From Atribacterota bacterium (GTDB taxonomy: Bacteria; Atribacterota; Phoenicimicrobiia; Phoenicimicrobiales; Phoenicimicrobiaceae): a stretch of DNA of 20,891 nt. Of the stretch, positions 1 to 8,892 are shown one piece after another; position 1 is the stretch's first letter; every line of letters starts with the position of its first letter. The stretch lies in contig JBBRDV010000019.1 in NCBI GenBank assembly GCA_038203565.1, positions 1 through 20,891 of the forward strand. Direction: 5' to 3'. The notes beneath the pieces are model-generated. The model was not told the DNA's origin and ran no database searches. It saw only the letters and a program-made list of their open reading frames with translations. A program made the translations under genes and the position numbers.

Positions 1-534
1 TAAATTATTTTTTAGCTCACTTCCCGAATAGCCTTCTTTTAATTCGATGATCAGTAGGGTGACATTTCCGTCCGCGGATATAAATTTGCCCATCACCATA
101 TTATTTTTTAGTAGCCTGCCTTTCAGCTTTCCGGCTTCTTCATTACTTTCCGGAAAGATTTCCACCAGATCTTTGACTTCCAGTCCATATTCAGTACTGA
201 TAATTTCAGGCATATTTAAAAAAGATGTGACGGATTTTACATAGGGAGTATCATTTAATTGATCAATAATGTTTTTTACGCTCCTTAGATTTTCTACCTG
301 AAAAAGTTCATCATATTCCAGAGAGATGACTGCTGTATCTGATTGTTTACCTCCGAATTTATCCACGATGTCACTATAAAATATTATATCCGGGTCATCC
401 TCAGGCATATATTTAGTGATATCATCTTCGATGGTTAATTTGTTTAATTGTGAGCCTGCCATAATAGTGATGATCATGGTTATGATCACGATAGGCCAGG
501 CATATTTGGTAATAAAATCAGCAACTTTATTCAT
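1..534 (-). CDS. MMPL/RND-family exporter, N-terminal part (runs off the left edge of the window)
   Basis: Manual translation from ATG at 534 gives MNKVADFITKYAWPIVIITMIITIMAGSQLNKLTIEDDITKYMPEDDP..., open to position 1. One N-terminal TM followed by an extracytoplasmic domain is typical of MMPL/RND permeases. A purine-rich RBS lies upstream. Not in the ORF track because it has no stop in the window. Confidence 0.8.
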   Translation of the reverse strand, partial: MNKVADFITKYAWPIVIITMIITIMAGSQLNKLTIEDDITKYMPEDDPDIIFYSDIVDKFGGKQSDTAVISLEYDELFQVENLRSVKNIIDQLNDTPYVKSVTSFLNMPEIISTEYGLEVKDLVEIFPESNEEAGKLKGRLLKNNMVMGKFISADGNVTLLIIELKEGYSGSELKNNL

Positions 535-581
535 GGTTTTACTTTCCCTTTTACCCTCTCAATATTTTTTAATTGGTTTTC

Positions 582-611
582 ATTATAACTGACTGGTCAG
601 TCGAATGTCAA
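582..611 (-). promoter_or_regulatory. Sigma70/SigA promoter of the RND gene with a palindromic operator in the spacer
   Basis: Minus-strand TTGACA (611-606), 18 nt, TATAAT (587-582). The spacer holds the palindrome ACTGAC-TG-GTCAGT (588-601). Confidence 0.75.
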
Positions 612-731
612 GAAAAAAATAAAAAAGCTTTTAGTTTATCGTTTATCGTTTTTAGATAAGAAAAATCAGATGTCAGTTGTCACTTTCTATCTTTTCTTTC
701 GCTTTATTAACTCGATACTATATTTTAAAGC

Positions 732-761
732 TTGACAAGAAGAGTGATTAAAACCTATAAT
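732..761 (+). promoter_or_regulatory. Sigma70/SigA promoter of the T-box/archease/rtcB operon
   Basis: TTGACA 732-737, 18-nt spacer, TATAAT 756-761, directly upstream of the T-box leader. Confidence 0.8.
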
Positions 762-789
762 ATTGGTAATACAATGTAATAAAAGAAAA

Positions 790-1030
790 AATAAAAGGGG
801 CAAGTAGGTAACGGTCATTTCTAGAGAGCTGGTGGCTGGTGAGAATCAGCAGGTGACTTTATCGAATTCCACCCCGGATAATTTCTGGTGAAATAAGTAT
901 CCAGAAGCGCACTTAATGTGTTAAAAAATACCCAATGAAGAATAGGATGTTCCTATTGAATCAGGGTGGCACCACGTGATTAAACTCTCGTCCCTAGTAG
1001 TAGATATTACTAAGCGATGAGAGTTTTTTT
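790..1030 (+). promoter_or_regulatory. T-box riboswitch, serine specificity (specifier UCC), transcription-attenuator type
   Basis: Stem I elements: GGGGCAAGTA...AGAGAGCTGGTGGCTGGTGAGAATCAGC...GAAT-TCC-A-CCCC (specifier TCC 868-870). T-box motif AATCAGGGTGGCACCACG (959-976) has UGGC, matching a G73 discriminator. The antiterminator 3' arm is CGTCCCT (989-995), followed by a terminator and U-tract. Confidence 0.93.
982..1030 (+). terminator. T-box intrinsic terminator
   Basis: AAACTCTCGTCCCTAGTA...TACTAAGCGATGAGAGTTT followed by a T-run. It overlaps the antiterminator 3' arm. Confidence 0.85.
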
Positions 1031-1066
1031 GTTTAACTTAAAATTTTAAAAAGGTAATAAACGTAT

Positions 1067-1492
1067 ATGAAAGAATTTGAAATACTCGAACATACCGCCG
1101 ATATCGGAATAGCGGCTTATGGAAAAACCAAAAGAGAAGTTTTTATTAATGCTGCCAGGGGAATGTTTGAGATTATTGCCGGGGAGACCAAAAACCTTGA
1201 AGGAAACTTTTATAATAAAATAAATCTGGAAGCGGACAATCTGGAAGGCTTACTCTTCGCCTGGCTTAATGAACTTCTATATATCAGCGAAACGAAATTA
1301 GTTATTTTAAATAAATTTGAAATAAAAGATTTATCCGATAATAAAATTGGTGCAGAAGTTAAAGGAGTGAAAATTAACCGGCTCGGTTGCAAAATAGAAA
1401 AAGAGATAAAAGCTGTAACTTACCATCTTTTAGAAATTAAAAAAGATGAGGAAAGCGGACTCTGGAGAGCCCAGGTAATTTTTGATATTTAA
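1067..1492 (+). CDS. Archease (RtcB activator)
   Basis: 141 aa with N-terminal EHTADIG, IKAVTYH and C-terminal FDI motifs. Adjacent to rtcB. Confidence 0.95.
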   Translation: MKEFEILEHTADIGIAAYGKTKREVFINAARGMFEIIAGETKNLEGNFYNKINLEADNLEGLLFAWLNELLYISETKLVILNKFEIKDLSDNKIGAEVKGVKINRLGCKIEKEIKAVTYHLLEIKKDEESGLWRAQVIFDI

Positions 1493-1528
1493 GTCTATGT
1501 GATCATCCAGGTAAAGGAGGAGATTAAT

Positions 1529-2986
1529 ATGAAAGAATCTTGGGACGGACCTTTAAATAAGATAGATGAGTATCGTTGGGAAATTCCCAAAACTTATCAC
1601 TCCGGGATGAGAGTTCCCGGTCTAATTTATACCTCTTCAAACTTATTAGAAAAAATACGCCAGGATCAGGCTCTGGAACAGGTAGCTAATGTAGCTTTTC
1701 TCCCGGGGATTGTCGGCCGTTCATTGGCTATGCCGGATATCCACTGGGGGTACGGCTTTCCTATCGGCGGGGTAGCTGCCACTACCCTGGATGAGGGAGT
1801 CATCTCCCCCGGTTCGGTCGGCTTTGACATAAATTGTGGCGTACGATTAATAAGAACTAATTTAACTTTAAAAGAAGTAAAACCGAAAGTTGAACTCTTG
1901 GTTAATGAACTATTTAGAGAGATACCATCCGGAGTAGGCTCAAAAGGGAAGATAAAAATAAGCTTTCACGAAATAAGAGATGTATTAAGAAAAGGTTCTA
2001 AATGGGCCGTAGAGAAAGGCTTTGGCTGGGAGGAAGACATCTTATTTACCGAAGATGAAGGGTGTATGAAAGATGCGAATGCTGATCTGGTCAGCCAGCA
2101 TGCCCTGGAAAGAGGGAAACCTCAACTGGGCACCCTCGGCTCAGGAAATCATTTCTTAGAGATTCAGGTAATTGATCAGGTTTATGACCCTGAAGTTGCC
2201 CGGGAACTGGGATTAGAAGAAGGCCAAATTACCGTAATGATTCATTGTGGTTCACGGGGATTGGGACATCAGGTCTGTACCGATTATTTAGTGACGATGC
2301 AAAAGGCTGTACAGAAATATGGGATACAACTTCCCGACCGGCAATTGGCCTGCGCACCTCTGTCTTCACCAGAAGGGAAAAACTATTATGCAGCTATGGC
2401 CTGTGCGGCGAATTATGCCTGGGCGAATCGCCAATGTATCATGCACTGGACTCGTGAAGTTTTTGCTAAGGTTTTTCGAAGCACTCCGGAAGAATTAGGA
2501 TTAAGATTAATCTATGATGTGGCACATAATATTGCCAAGATAGAAGAACATAGTTTGAAAGGAAAGAAAATAAAATTGTGTGTACATAGAAAAGGGGCTA
2601 CTCGGGCTTTCCCTCCATTTCATCCTGATATTCCGGAAAAATATAGGAAGATAGGGCAGCCGGTATTAATTCCCGGAGATATGGGTCGTTGTTCCTATTG
2701 TTTGGTAGGGACTGAAAAAGCGATGGAAGAAACCTTTGGTTCAACCTGCCATGGAGCAGGAAGAGTCATGAGCAGAATGAAAGCCAAAAAAGAAGCGCGG
2801 GGTAGAGACATTCAACAAGAATTAAGAGAAAAGGGGATCATTGTAAAAGCAGAAAGCCGGGGGACCCTGGTTGAAGAGATGTCTGATGCCTATAAAGATG
2901 TCAGTGAAGTAGTGGAAGTAATGCACCAGACCGGTATATCCAGAAAAGTAGTGCGGATGCGACCATTGGGAGTTATAAAGGGATAA
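1529..2986 (+). CDS. rtcB: RtcB 3'-phosphate/5'-OH RNA ligase (long, archease-associated type)
   Basis: Motifs MPDIHWGYGFPIGG, FDINCG, GSGNHFLE, HCGSRG, HRKGAT and CHGAGR. Start moved to ATG 1529, which follows AAGGAGG. Confidence 0.96.
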   Translation: MKESWDGPLNKIDEYRWEIPKTYHSGMRVPGLIYTSSNLLEKIRQDQALEQVANVAFLPGIVGRSLAMPDIHWGYGFPIGGVAATTLDEGVISPGSVGFDINCGVRLIRTNLTLKEVKPKVELLVNELFREIPSGVGSKGKIKISFHEIRDVLRKGSKWAVEKGFGWEEDILFTEDEGCMKDANADLVSQHALERGKPQLGTLGSGNHFLEIQVIDQVYDPEVARELGLEEGQITVMIHCGSRGLGHQVCTDYLVTMQKAVQKYGIQLPDRQLACAPLSSPEGKNYYAAMACAANYAWANRQCIMHWTREVFAKVFRSTPEELGLRLIYDVAHNIAKIEEHSLKGKKIKLCVHRKGATRAFPPFHPDIPEKYRKIGQPVLIPGDMGRCSYCLVGTEKAMEETFGSTCHGAGRVMSRMKAKKEARGRDIQQELREKGIIVKAESRGTLVEEMSDAYKDVSEVVEVMHQTGISRKVVRMRPLGVIKG

Positions 2987-2998
2987 AATAGTCGTTAG

Positions 2999-3085
2999 CC
3001 TGTCTGCGCCTGCCTGTACGTATACGTACCTGTCTGCGTGCAACGCACAGGCAGGCGCAGACAGGTGCAAGTAGGCACAGGTAGA
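2999..3085. repeat. Triple-nested 27-nt palindromic element (unit CCTGCCTGTGCGTTGCACGCAGACAGG)
   Basis: A perfect unit at 3029-3055 sits inside a variant unit at 3009-3065, which sits inside a degenerate unit at 2999-~3085. Orientations alternate. Confidence 0.8.
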
Positions 3086-3105
3086 TGAATAGCCGTTAGT
3101 CGTTA

Positions 3106-3133
3106 GTAGGACAGGACAGGCGTCTCGCCTGTC
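3106..3133 (+). repeat. GTAG-type REP-like hairpin
   Basis: GTAG..GACAGGCG-TCT-CGCCTGTC. A near-identical copy lies at 4547-4569. Confidence 0.65.
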
Positions 3134-3139
3134 ACTATA

Positions 3140-3148
3140 TGCTATAAT
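3140..3148 (+). promoter_or_regulatory. Possible extended -10 promoter for serS
   Basis: TG-C-TATAAT about 40 nt upstream of the serS ATG. No recognisable -35. Confidence 0.5.
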
Positions 3149-3174
3149 ATACCCATCACTCATTACTTATTTAG

Positions 3175-4461
<1,287 letters not shown>

Positions 4462-4520
4462 TAAATAATTCACCAATTGACCAATAAAATTAGTTTATAA
4501 TGAATAATCAATTAGTCGTT

Positions 4521-4667
4521 AGGGGTAGACCTTGTGTCTACCCTCTGTAGGACAAGCGTCTCGCCTGTCTATGTAAGTGTAGGGGTTCGATTCCTGTCTG
4601 CGCCTGCCTGTGCGTTGCACGCAGACAGGTGCGGGAACGCACAGGCAGGCATCGAATCCGCTCCCCT
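4521..4667. repeat. Cluster of three REP-like hairpins, the third interrupted by a doubly nested 27-nt element
   Basis: GGGTAGAC-CTTGT-GTCTACCC (4523-4543); GTAG-GACAAGCG-TCT-CGCCTGTC (4547-4569); GTAGGGGTTCGATT|CATCGAATCC split by the insert at 4593-4649. Confidence 0.7.
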
Positions 4668-4675
4668 TGTTTTCC

Positions 4676-4705
4676 TTGACCAACAAGATAGAGAGATGTT
4701 ATTCT
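4676..4705 (+). promoter_or_regulatory. Probable promoter of tRNA-Ser
   Basis: TTGACC 4676-4681, 18 nt, TG-T-TATTCT (4697-4705), 26 nt upstream of the tRNA. Confidence 0.45.
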
Positions 4706-4731
4706 TTATAGGTAAAAAATAGATAATGAGT

Positions 4732-4819
<88 letters not shown>

Positions 4820-4855
4820 AATTCTGTAATCATTATAGCAGCATGGCGTTTCGTA

Positions 4856-4957
4856 CTATAAAAAAATTATTATAAAAAAATTTGACATTAATTTAGAATG
4901 TGATATAATTTTTCTAATTTGAAAACTATCGAGTAACAAAACAGATAGCTTTTTCAT
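4856..4957 (-). CDS. Possible 33-aa small peptide antisense to the candidate sRNA
   Basis: AGGAGG-7 nt-ATG, giving MKKLSVLLLDSFQIRKIISHSKLMSNFFIIIFL. No homology recognised. Confidence 0.25.
   Translation of the reverse strand: MKKLSVLLLDSFQIRKIISHSKLMSNFFIIIFL
4882..4909 (+). promoter_or_regulatory. Strong sigma70-type promoter with no downstream plus-strand CDS
   Basis: TTGACA 4882-4887, 16 nt, TG-A-TATAAT (4901-4909). Confidence 0.7.
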
Positions 4958-5005
4958 TTTAATACCTCCTAAACTCGCCTTGCTTAAAGTAAGGCGAGTT
5001 TTTAT
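4915..5005 (+). ncRNA. Candidate small regulatory RNA with exposed anti-SD (ACCUCCU)
   Basis: Bounded by a consensus promoter and a strong terminator. It has a 5' hairpin TGAAAACTATC...GATAGCTTTTTCA and a single-stranded TTTTAATACCTCCT. Confidence 0.55.
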
Positions 5006-5009
5006 TTTA
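4971..5009 (+). terminator. Intrinsic terminator
   Basis: AAACTCGCCTTGCT-TAA-AGTAAGGCGAGTTT followed by TTATTTT. Confidence 0.85.
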
Positions 5010-5124
5010 TAACCTATCCCGTTTATTTTCCTAATTTCTATCTTAATCACCTATCACAAACTACACGTTACACATTTAGTTGACCGGCAGATTAATAGCC
5101 TTGCAACTTTTTAACTCAAAAAGC

Positions 5125-5150
5125 AGGATTTTCCACAATCTTTGTCGAAT
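5125..5150 (+). promoter_or_regulatory. SigH-like promoter motif (orphan)
   Basis: AGGA-18 nt-GAAT in an A-rich context. The same architecture occurs at 6056 and 10970. Confidence 0.5.
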
Positions 5151-5220
5151 TCTTAATAAGTATTCAAAAATAACTAAAAAAATCAATTTTATCATTTTTT
5201 TCTAATTATTTTCTCAATTG

Positions 5221-5249
5221 TAGGAACAGGGGACGGTTCTCTGTTCCTA
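5221..5249. repeat. REP-like hairpin with GGGGACGGTTCT core
   Basis: TAGGAACAG-GGGACGGTTCT-CTGTTCCTA. Degenerate relatives at ~6109, ~7834, ~8795 and ~10640. Confidence 0.55.
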
Positions 5250-5382
5250 TTTACCCCCTCTGGGACCCTTTATTTACAGGGCTTTTAAAAAATGGGGATA
5301 GGTTTTACTTTTTGTCTTGCACTGAATGTGGGAAGACAAAGGACAGAGCCTATTTTTAAAAAAATCCCAAGCTTGATAATTA

Positions 5383-5970
5383 TTAGCGACTATTGGTATT
5401 AATAATCTCTTTAGTTGTTATTTTTTTATCCTTTCCCAGTGAAGTTTTCTCAATTTTGTTCATCGCTACGGGCAAGGCAAGTCCTGCCAATATAAGATTA
5501 GCTGAGTAATATTGGCAACAAAAGCATGAGACAAAAAGAAAAGACCTGTTCCTAAAAGACTGATGGTTAAAAGGAAATTACTCGGTTTTTTTTCAATTAA
5601 CCTACCTACATTTATTGCAGAAAAAGCACTCATCAAACCGGTTATGGCAAACATTAATCCGGTAAAGGTGGAAACGATTTTTGGATTTGATATGATGGTT
5701 TCCATAAAGAAAGGAAAAATAGGGCTAATAATCTGGACCGAAAACTGCACCAAAAACAGTATAAAAAACATGATGAATAATTGCCCATTATTAAAAAACA
5801 AGGCTACTCTTTTTTTAAATGGAATGGTCTGTTTCTTTCTGGCTAAAGGTGTAAATTTTTCTTCATTCTTTTACATAAAAAGGTAGGAAGGGAATCACAA
5901 AAGCTATACCGGTAACCACGATCATTTCAGCAAAGAATACGACATAAAGATTTTTTTTCCAAATTTCCAT
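5383..5970 (-). pseudogene. MFS transporter (MdtG-like) pseudogene with two large internal deletions
   Basis: ATG 5970 gives MEIWKKNLYVVFFAEMIVVTGIAFVIPFLPFYVKE* (TM1). A shifted frame then gives EEKFTP...TM7-9...ANITQL, and a further shifted frame gives LILAGLALPVAMNKIEK...NSR* (stop 5383-5385). Total length is 588 bp, about half a 12-TM MFS gene. Confidence 0.8.
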
Positions 5971-6055
5971 TTTATTCCCTTAAAATTTTTCAAGTGATAC
6001 GGGACAAGAATGTGAAAGGGTCAAAAAATATTTTAATTGATTTTTTATAAAAAAG

Positions 6056-6081
6056 AGGGTTTTTCACTGTTTTTATAGAAT
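6056..6081 (+). promoter_or_regulatory. SigH-like promoter upstream of the HtrA-like protease
   Basis: AGGG-18 nt-GAAT preceded by an A-tract. Confidence 0.45.
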
Positions 6082-6249
6082 AAAATATAAACCTTGATAG
6101 AGAAAAAGGTGACAGGGGACAATTGACTCATGACAGTGTTTTACCCATTTGGTGTTTTGATTTTCCAGGTATTTATGTTAAAATGGATAAAAGTCTTGCA
6201 TTGGCGATAAGTTAGTCGATTATTATTTTTAGACAGAGAGGTTCATTTT

Positions 6250-7782
6250 ATGAAAAAACAAAATAATTCAAGAGGTTTAAACAGATATTTACTTTTACCC
6301 AATTTGTATCAAGTCAGGTTAGTATTCTTTTTTATTACCATATTCTTATTTACTATTACCTTCCCGGTATCCAGTGCCCTTTTAGATGTCAGGGAAGCAA
6401 TTGTTAAAGTATATATGGTCAGTAATTCACCGGATTATTATAACCCCTGGAGTATGCAGGGACCCCAGGGTAGTTCAGGATCAGGATGTATCATTGAGAA
6501 TAATCTCATTCTGACCAACGCCCATGTGGTGAGTGATCATACTTTCTTACAGGTCCGTAAATATGGGGAAACCGAACGTTACCAGGCGCAAGTAATTGCC
6601 GTTTCACATTTAACCGATCTGGCTCTATTAAAAGTAGAAGACCCCTCTTTTTTTGAAGGGGAACCTGCTTTATTATTTGGTGAATTGCCTGAAACCCAGC
6701 AGGAAGTTTTGGTCTATGGATTTCCCATGGGCGGTGATATGTTGAGTATTACCAAAGGTATTATTTCCCGGATTGAACATCAGCCTTATGTCCATAGTTC
6801 TTCGTCATTTTTAGCCGGTCAAATCGATGCGGCAATCAATCCGGGTAATAGCGGTGGTCCAGTTCTGGTGAATGATAAGATTGTAGGTGTGGTCATGCAG
6901 GGTATTTCTTCTTCCCAGAATATCGGATATATGGTGCCGGTTCCGGTTATTCGTTACTTTTTTGATGATTTGAAGGATGGTGCTTATGATGGCTACCCCA
7001 GTCTGGGGGTGAGTTTGCAGGATATGGAAAATCAGGGTTTAAGAAAATATTATAAAATGGAGGAAGGACTAAGTGGTGTTCTGATCAATCAGGTCATCCC
7101 CGGATCTCCGGCAGACGGATATTTACAGGCCGGCGATATTTTACTTTCCATCGGAGATTATGCGATTGGTAATGATGGAACCATAGAGTTCCGTGCCAAT
7201 GAACGGACCCAGTTGACTTATGTCATTCAGCAAAAGCAGATTGGAGAGAATATTCGGATGGAAATTTTAAGAGAGGGTAAAGAAATATCCCTCGATTTGA
7301 ACCTCTCCCGTTCTTTAAAAAAGGATCAACTTGTCCCCATGGAAGAGTATGAAACATTACCTACTTATTATATTTATGGCGGCCTGATTTTTTGTCCTTT
7401 GAGTAAAAATTTACTGGATATCTGGGGTCCACAGTGGTATCAGTCTGCACCCAAGGAATTAATTTATCCCTTTTTTAATAATAATATTCCCGAAAAGGTA
7501 GATCAGCAAGTGGTGGTTTTATTAAAAAGTCTGGCTGCTAATGTGAATGAAGGCTATCAAAATGTGAATAGCTGGGTGGTAGATAAAGTTAATGGAGAAA
7601 AAATATTGAATTTAAGCGATTTTGTAAAAAAAGTTGAAAACAGCCCGGATCCTTATATTGTGTTTGAAGATAAATGGGGTCAAAAAATCGTGATTGACCG
7701 GGAAAAGGAAAAAAATACCCATCAGGAAATTCTGGAAACCTATCGGATTGCTTTTGACCGTTCGGAAGATTTAAGAAAATAA
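6250..7782 (+). CDS. HtrA/Deg-family trypsin-like serine protease with PDZ domains (plant Deg2/Deg9-like architecture), exported or membrane-anchored
   Basis: Catalytic triad motifs LTNAHVV, DLALL and INPGNSGGP. A PDZ domain and a C-terminal YYIYGGLIFCPLS segment follow. Hydrophobic N-terminus. Confidence 0.9.
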   Translation: MKKQNNSRGLNRYLLLPNLYQVRLVFFFITIFLFTITFPVSSALLDVREAIVKVYMVSNSPDYYNPWSMQGPQGSSGSGCIIENNLILTNAHVVSDHTFLQVRKYGETERYQAQVIAVSHLTDLALLKVEDPSFFEGEPALLFGELPETQQEVLVYGFPMGGDMLSITKGIISRIEHQPYVHSSSSFLAGQIDAAINPGNSGGPVLVNDKIVGVVMQGISSSQNIGYMVPVPVIRYFFDDLKDGAYDGYPSLGVSLQDMENQGLRKYYKMEEGLSGVLINQVIPGSPADGYLQAGDILLSIGDYAIGNDGTIEFRANERTQLTYVIQQKQIGENIRMEILREGKEISLDLNLSRSLKKDQLVPMEEYETLPTYYIYGGLIFCPLSKNLLDIWGPQWYQSAPKELIYPFFNNNIPEKVDQQVVVLLKSLAANVNEGYQNVNSWVVDKVNGEKILNLSDFVKKVENSPDPYIVFEDKWGQKIVIDREKEKNTHQEILETYRIAFDRSEDLRK

Positions 7783-7940
7783 AAGAAGTCAGTCTGATTT
7801 TACCGAATCAGCTTTTTGTTGATCATCCTTTAGGTGACAGGGGTGGTTCGTACTAGCTCAATCATTCGGTGACTTTTACTAATTTTTTATTAGGATTTCG
7901 TTATCATGGAATATAAGAATAGTATAGGAGGAGGCTTCAG

Positions 7941-8795
7941 ATGCAATATCTAAGTATGTTTTTCTGGCTTTTTTTTATTTTTTCTTTATTGACTCCCTGG
8001 TTAAAGCAGAAAAATTTGGAAACATCTCGAATTTCTTTAATTAACCGAATTGAAAAAGAGAGAAAATCAAGAGTCATTGCCCTGATTCATCGTCAAGAAA
8101 CGATGAGTATTCTGGGCATACCTTTAGTAAGATATATCAATATTGAAGATTCCGAAGCGGTGTTGCGGGCGATAAGGTTGACCGATCCGGATTTACCGAT
8201 TGATATTATTTTACATACACCAGGGGGGTTAGTTTTAGCCGCTGAACAGATTTCCTTAGCCCTTTTAAGACACAAAGCTAAAGTGACAGTTTTTATCCCT
8301 CATTATGCCATGAGCGGGGGTACCATGATTTCTCTGGCAACAGATCAAATTATTATGGATGAAAATGCTGTCTTGGGACCGGTAGACCCCCAATTGGGCC
8401 AATATCCGGCAGTCTCAATCTTAAAGGTATTAAAAGATAAGAATGTGAATAAAATAGATGATGAGACCATGATTCAAGCTGATATTGCCAGAAAGGCAAT
8501 TCGACAGGTTAGAGCATTTGTGAAAAAGCTTCTTGTTGAAAATAAGTGCAATAAGGAAAAAGCAGACAAGCTTGCCCAGATTCTGACGGAAGGCCGGTGG
8601 ACTCATGATTATCCCATTACCTTCGAAGAAGCAAAGAAATTAGGATTATGTGTATCTAGCGAAATGCCCAAAGAAATTTATGAATTGATGGACCTTTATC
8701 CTCAAAATCCAGGAAAACGTCCCTCTGTTCAGTATATCCCTTTGCCTTATAAAAAACCAATTTCACCTCCTACCAAAAAGGTCTATCCTAAATAA
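7941..8795 (+). CDS. SDH-family (Ser-Asp-His) ClpP-fold serine protease
   Basis: LHTPGG, HYAMSGGT, LGPVDPQ and WTHDYPI motifs, N-terminal TM, RBS AGGAGG. Confidence 0.9.
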   Translation: MQYLSMFFWLFFIFSLLTPWLKQKNLETSRISLINRIEKERKSRVIALIHRQETMSILGIPLVRYINIEDSEAVLRAIRLTDPDLPIDIILHTPGGLVLAAEQISLALLRHKAKVTVFIPHYAMSGGTMISLATDQIIMDENAVLGPVDPQLGQYPAVSILKVLKDKNVNKIDDETMIQADIARKAIRQVRAFVKKLLVENKCNKEKADKLAQILTEGRWTHDYPITFEEAKKLGLCVSSEMPKEIYELMDLYPQNPGKRPSVQYIPLPYKKPISPPTKKVYPK

Positions 8796-8892
8796 GGAAC
8801 AGGGGATAATAAAATCTGCTAATTACATAATTCTATATAGGGATAGGAAGAGAGCTAAAAACTCTAAGTTCTAAAAGAATAAAGTGGAATAT

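Noticed and set aside
631..655. Short heptamer-like repeats (GTTTATC x2; also TTAGTCG-like at ~2990, ~3095, ~4512)
   Set aside because: Only 2-3 degenerate units each, which is too little to assign a function. They do border the repeat hotspots.
1499..1528. GTG start for rtcB, and likewise the 13666 start for the aldolase
   Set aside because: Strong RBSs precede the downstream ATGs at 1529 and 13741.
1529..2986. Intein or intron in rtcB
   Set aside because: The length (485 aa) and motif spacing are those of an uninterrupted enzyme.
2999..3133. Possible CRISPR mini-array
   Set aside because: The repeats are nested and inverted, not direct repeats with unique spacers, and there are no cas genes.
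2822..3163. Minus-strand 113-aa ORF, and ORFs 4534-4722 and 4569-4820 that share related peptide stretches
   Set aside because: The shared peptides come from translating the palindromic repeat, and 4569-4820 is the antisense of the tRNA.
5250..5382. Possible IS end or remnant here and at 10700-10960
   Set aside because: I could not identify terminal inverted repeats, a TSD or transposase-like coding fragments.
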